Below are positions 61,497-64,000 of a stretch of 64,000 bases of DNA, piece by piece. Each line of letters starts with the position of its first letter. Position 1 is the stretch's first letter. Source of the DNA: a virus; IMG/VR virus record IMGVR_UViG_3300034104_003304, positions 11,860-75,859 of that record; one strand, given 5' to 3'. The notes beneath the pieces were generated by a model, which saw nothing but the letters and a program-made list of their open reading frames with translations, was not told the DNA's origin and did not search any database. Position numbers and translations under genes: made by a program.

Positions 61497-64000
61497 ATGT
61501 TTAAAATTGGTAGCACAACAGTAACCAAGTCCTATATTGGATCAGTAGAATTATCAGCTATTTATGCTGGTGATACTTTGGTTTATTCGTCTGGCCCAAC
61601 AACAACTGGTGCGCCAACAACATCAACAACTACTACGACAACGCCAACAACTACTACAACTACCACTACTACAACAGCCACTCCGACAACAACAACAACT
61701 ACTACAACAGCAGAACCCACTACAACAACAACCACTACAACAACTACCACCACTACAACAACCACCACAACAACCACCACAACAACCGCCGCACCAGAGG
61801 GCGATGCTTTTTGGGCAGATGTAAAACTACTATTGCCACTCGACTCAGGATTTACAGACCTATCGACAACGAACACGACATTTACCGCTCTTGGTGGAGT
61901 AACAATAGACACCGTAAACAAGCAGTTTGGTGCGGGCGCATTGCCAGTGGGTGGCTTTCCGGCTGGCTATGGCATTGTTACCACAGGTGCGCCAACAATT
62001 GGGGCTGGCAACTTAACTATTGAGTGGTGGCAGAACTTTGCTTCTGTGGGAACTTCTGATGTCCAAACAATAATGTCGTGGAACGCTCAGAATTTTAACA
62101 CCGCTTGGTTTCAAGTACGCAGGGCTGGAACACAGTGGGCATTCGAAGCTACCCGATATGATAACATTGATGATACGTATCGCAACACGCAATTGTTGTT
62201 TGCTAACCCGTCTGGCTGGGCGCATATTGCCATTGTAAGACAAGATGGAACATGGAGAGTCTATGTTAATGGAGTGCAAGCTGCTAGTACAAGTGAAAAC
62301 TCAACCGGTGAGTCGGCTTCTGGAGCTTCTGGACCGTTATCTTTCCCCGGCGGCAACGTAGCCTTTGGTAGATCATACGGAGGCGGTGGCGGTAGCTATG
62401 CTCCATCTGGCTATGTAGATGATATTAGATTGACTCTTTCAGCTAGATATCCTAATGGTACTACTTTTAATGTGCCAACAAGTGCTAATCCAATAGGTTC
62501 TGGTTCAACAACCACTACAACAACTACAACGGCTGCGCCAACAACCACTACAACCACTACCACTACCACAACCACTACCACAACTACTACCACGACCACG
62601 ACCACTGAAGCACCATTTTCACAAATGGCAGTTGTATTAACTAGTGGAACAAGTTATACTGTTCCTGCCGGTGCTGCTGGAGCAAAAATTTGGGCTATTG
62701 GCCCCGGTGGACAAGACGGTGGAGCGAGAGGTCATGCTGGAGCCGTATGTTATAAATCATGGCCAGTTTCTGGTGGAGATACAATATCATATTCTATTGG
62801 TCAGAGATCTGTATATAGTGGAACATATTCTCGCAGTGGAAGCACATCAGTTACTTTTGGTGGAGTAACAATAACAGCAGAAGGCGGCGGCGGGCCAAAC
62901 GGTCCTGACGCAGAAGCAACATATTCTGGTGGCGATGGAGGTGCTAATGGCGGTAAAGGTAACTTTGTAAGTGGAAATAATGTTGGTGGATCTATTGGTG
63001 GTAATGGAGAATTATCAGCATGTAATAGATATCAACCAACAGATGTTGATGGATTATTCTCCGCTGTAACACTTGCTGGATCAAGCACAAGTCAAGATTG
63101 TGGTATAGATCAAGCTTTTGGTGCTGGTGGATCAGCTTCTGCTTCATTACTTGCTGGCATTGGTGGCGGTGGTGCTTGGTTCGGGGTGTCTACCTCAGAT
63201 GATGGTGGTATTGGCGCTGTTGTTTTATATTTTACTGATACCGCTCCAACGACTACTACAACAACTACCACCACCACAACTACAGAAGCTCCATTTTCAC
63301 AAATGGCAGTTGTATTAACCAGCGGCACGAGCTACACGGTGCCTGAGGGTGCCACGAGCATGAAGGCGTGGGCAGTTGGGCCGGGTGGGCAGAATGAGAG
63401 TGCATTTGGGGACGCCGGTGCGGTTGCGCACAAAACGTGGAGTGTTTCGGGTGGGCAGTCTGTCTCCTATGCCATCGGGCAGCGGTACACGTATCCGGGG
63501 TATGGGCCGTGGTCGCGCAGCGGCAGCACCACCGTGACATTCGGCGGGACGACGATCACGGCAGAGGGCGGCAGTGGCGGTAATGGACCTTACGCGGCAG
63601 CGACGTACTCCGGAGGCGACGGCGGCGCAGACGGCGGGTTGGGGGGAAGCGTTAGCGGAAGGTTTACTGGCGGTGCGGTTGGTGGCAACGGCACGCTCAC
63701 TTCATGCGGGCGTTACCCCGCAACGGACGTTAGCGGGCTTTTTGTTGCCGTGACTATGGCTGGCGGCAACGCGACCGAGTCTTGCGGAGCGACGGCTGCG
63801 TTTGGCTCTGGTGGCTCATCGCAAATATCGTCGCTACCGGGCATCGGCGGTGGCGGTGCATGGTTTGGAGTTGCTGGCTCCGATCTAGGTGGCGTTGGTG
63901 CAGTTGTTTTATATTTTACTAACACCGCTCCAACTACTACTACATCTACGACCACAACTACGTCAACCACCACTACGGCAGAGCCAACAACAACTACTAC
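61497..64000 (+). CDS. Mucin-like poly-Thr virion protein with a LamG-like domain and repeated Gly-rich domains (partial)
   Basis: ATG 61497 MFKIGSTTV...; ACN repeats; TIEWW...WAHIAIVR...YVNG...DDIRL (LamG); two homologous Gly-rich domains; runs off the window. Confidence 0.75.
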   Translation, partial: MFKIGSTTVTKSYIGSVELSAIYAGDTLVYSSGPTTTGAPTTSTTTTTTPTTTTTTTTTTATPTTTTTTTTAEPTTTTTTTTTTTTTTTTTTTTTTTAAPEGDAFWADVKLLLPLDSGFTDLSTTNTTFTALGGVTIDTVNKQFGAGALPVGGFPAGYGIVTTGAPTIGAGNLTIEWWQNFASVGTSDVQTIMSWNAQNFNTAWFQVRRAGTQWAFEATRYDNIDDTYRNTQLLFANPSGWAHIAIVRQDGTWRVYVNGVQAASTSENSTGESASGASGPLSFPGGNVAFGRSYGGGGGSYAPSGYVDDIRLTLSARYPNGTTFNVPTSANPIGSGSTTTTTTTTAAPTTTTTTTTTTTTTTTTTTTTTTEAPFSQMAVVLTSGTSYTVPAGAAGAKIWAIGPGGQDGGARGHAGAVCYKSWPVSGGDTISYSIGQRSVYSGTYSRSGSTSVTFGGVTITAEGGGGPNGPDAEATYSGGDGGANGGKGNFVSGNNVGGSIGGNGELSACNRYQPTDVDGLFSAVTLAGSSTSQDCGIDQAFGAGGSASASLLAGIGGGGAWFGVSTSDDGGIGAVVLYFTDTAPTTTTTTTTTTTTEAPFSQMAVVLTSGTSYTVPEGATSMKAWAVGPGGQNESAFGDAGAVAHKTWSVSGGQSVSYAIGQRYTYPGYGPWSRSGSTTVTFGGTTITAEGGSGGNGPYAAATYSGGDGGADGGLGGSVSGRFTGGAVGGNGTLTSCGRYPATDVSGLFVAVTMAGGNATESCGATAAFGSGGSSQISSLPGIGGGGAWFGVAGSDLGGVGAVVLYFTNTAPTTTTSTTTTTSTTTTAEPTTTT

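Noticed and set aside
61564..63973. Poly-Val and poly-Gln ORFs in the track
   Set aside because: Alternative frames and strands of the poly-Thr gene starting at 61497
1..64000. Stop-codon reassignment
   Set aside because: Recognisable genes are intact in code 11 and no suppressor tRNA was seen

Overview
Fragment of a large tailed-phage genome (Caudoviricetes, standard genetic code). A Planctomycetota host is my inference, from the Cys-rich secreted-type peptides and the use of sigma54/sigma28-like promoters; it is not shown directly. 1-11.4 kb (- strand): head/packaging block (prohead protease fused to a scaffold, portal, terminase large subunit, ClpP-like protease, ERCC4 and HNH nucleases, gmd, methyltransferase, glycosyltransferase, sigma-like factor). 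12.4-28.5 kb (+ strand): early region of small ORFs and a tRNA cluster. It is punctuated by ten copies of an 82-bp bipartite palindromic element whose two arms start exactly 53 bp apart. Its promoters overlap sigma70 and sigma28-like motifs, with sigma54 sites next to several elements, and it holds a tandem array of three candidate structured RNAs (23.0-23.4 kb). 30-58 kb: repair and nucleotide-metabolism genes (UvsE, ligase, AlkB-like, thyX, rIIA/rIIB, guaC, deaminases, SSB), a tRNA-Leu with a group I intron, tmRNA, glycosyltransferases and a second sigma-like factor. 58.7-64 kb: putative virion/lysis genes ending in a mucin-like poly-Thr protein that runs off the window. All calls are from reading motifs by eye; no database searches were run.
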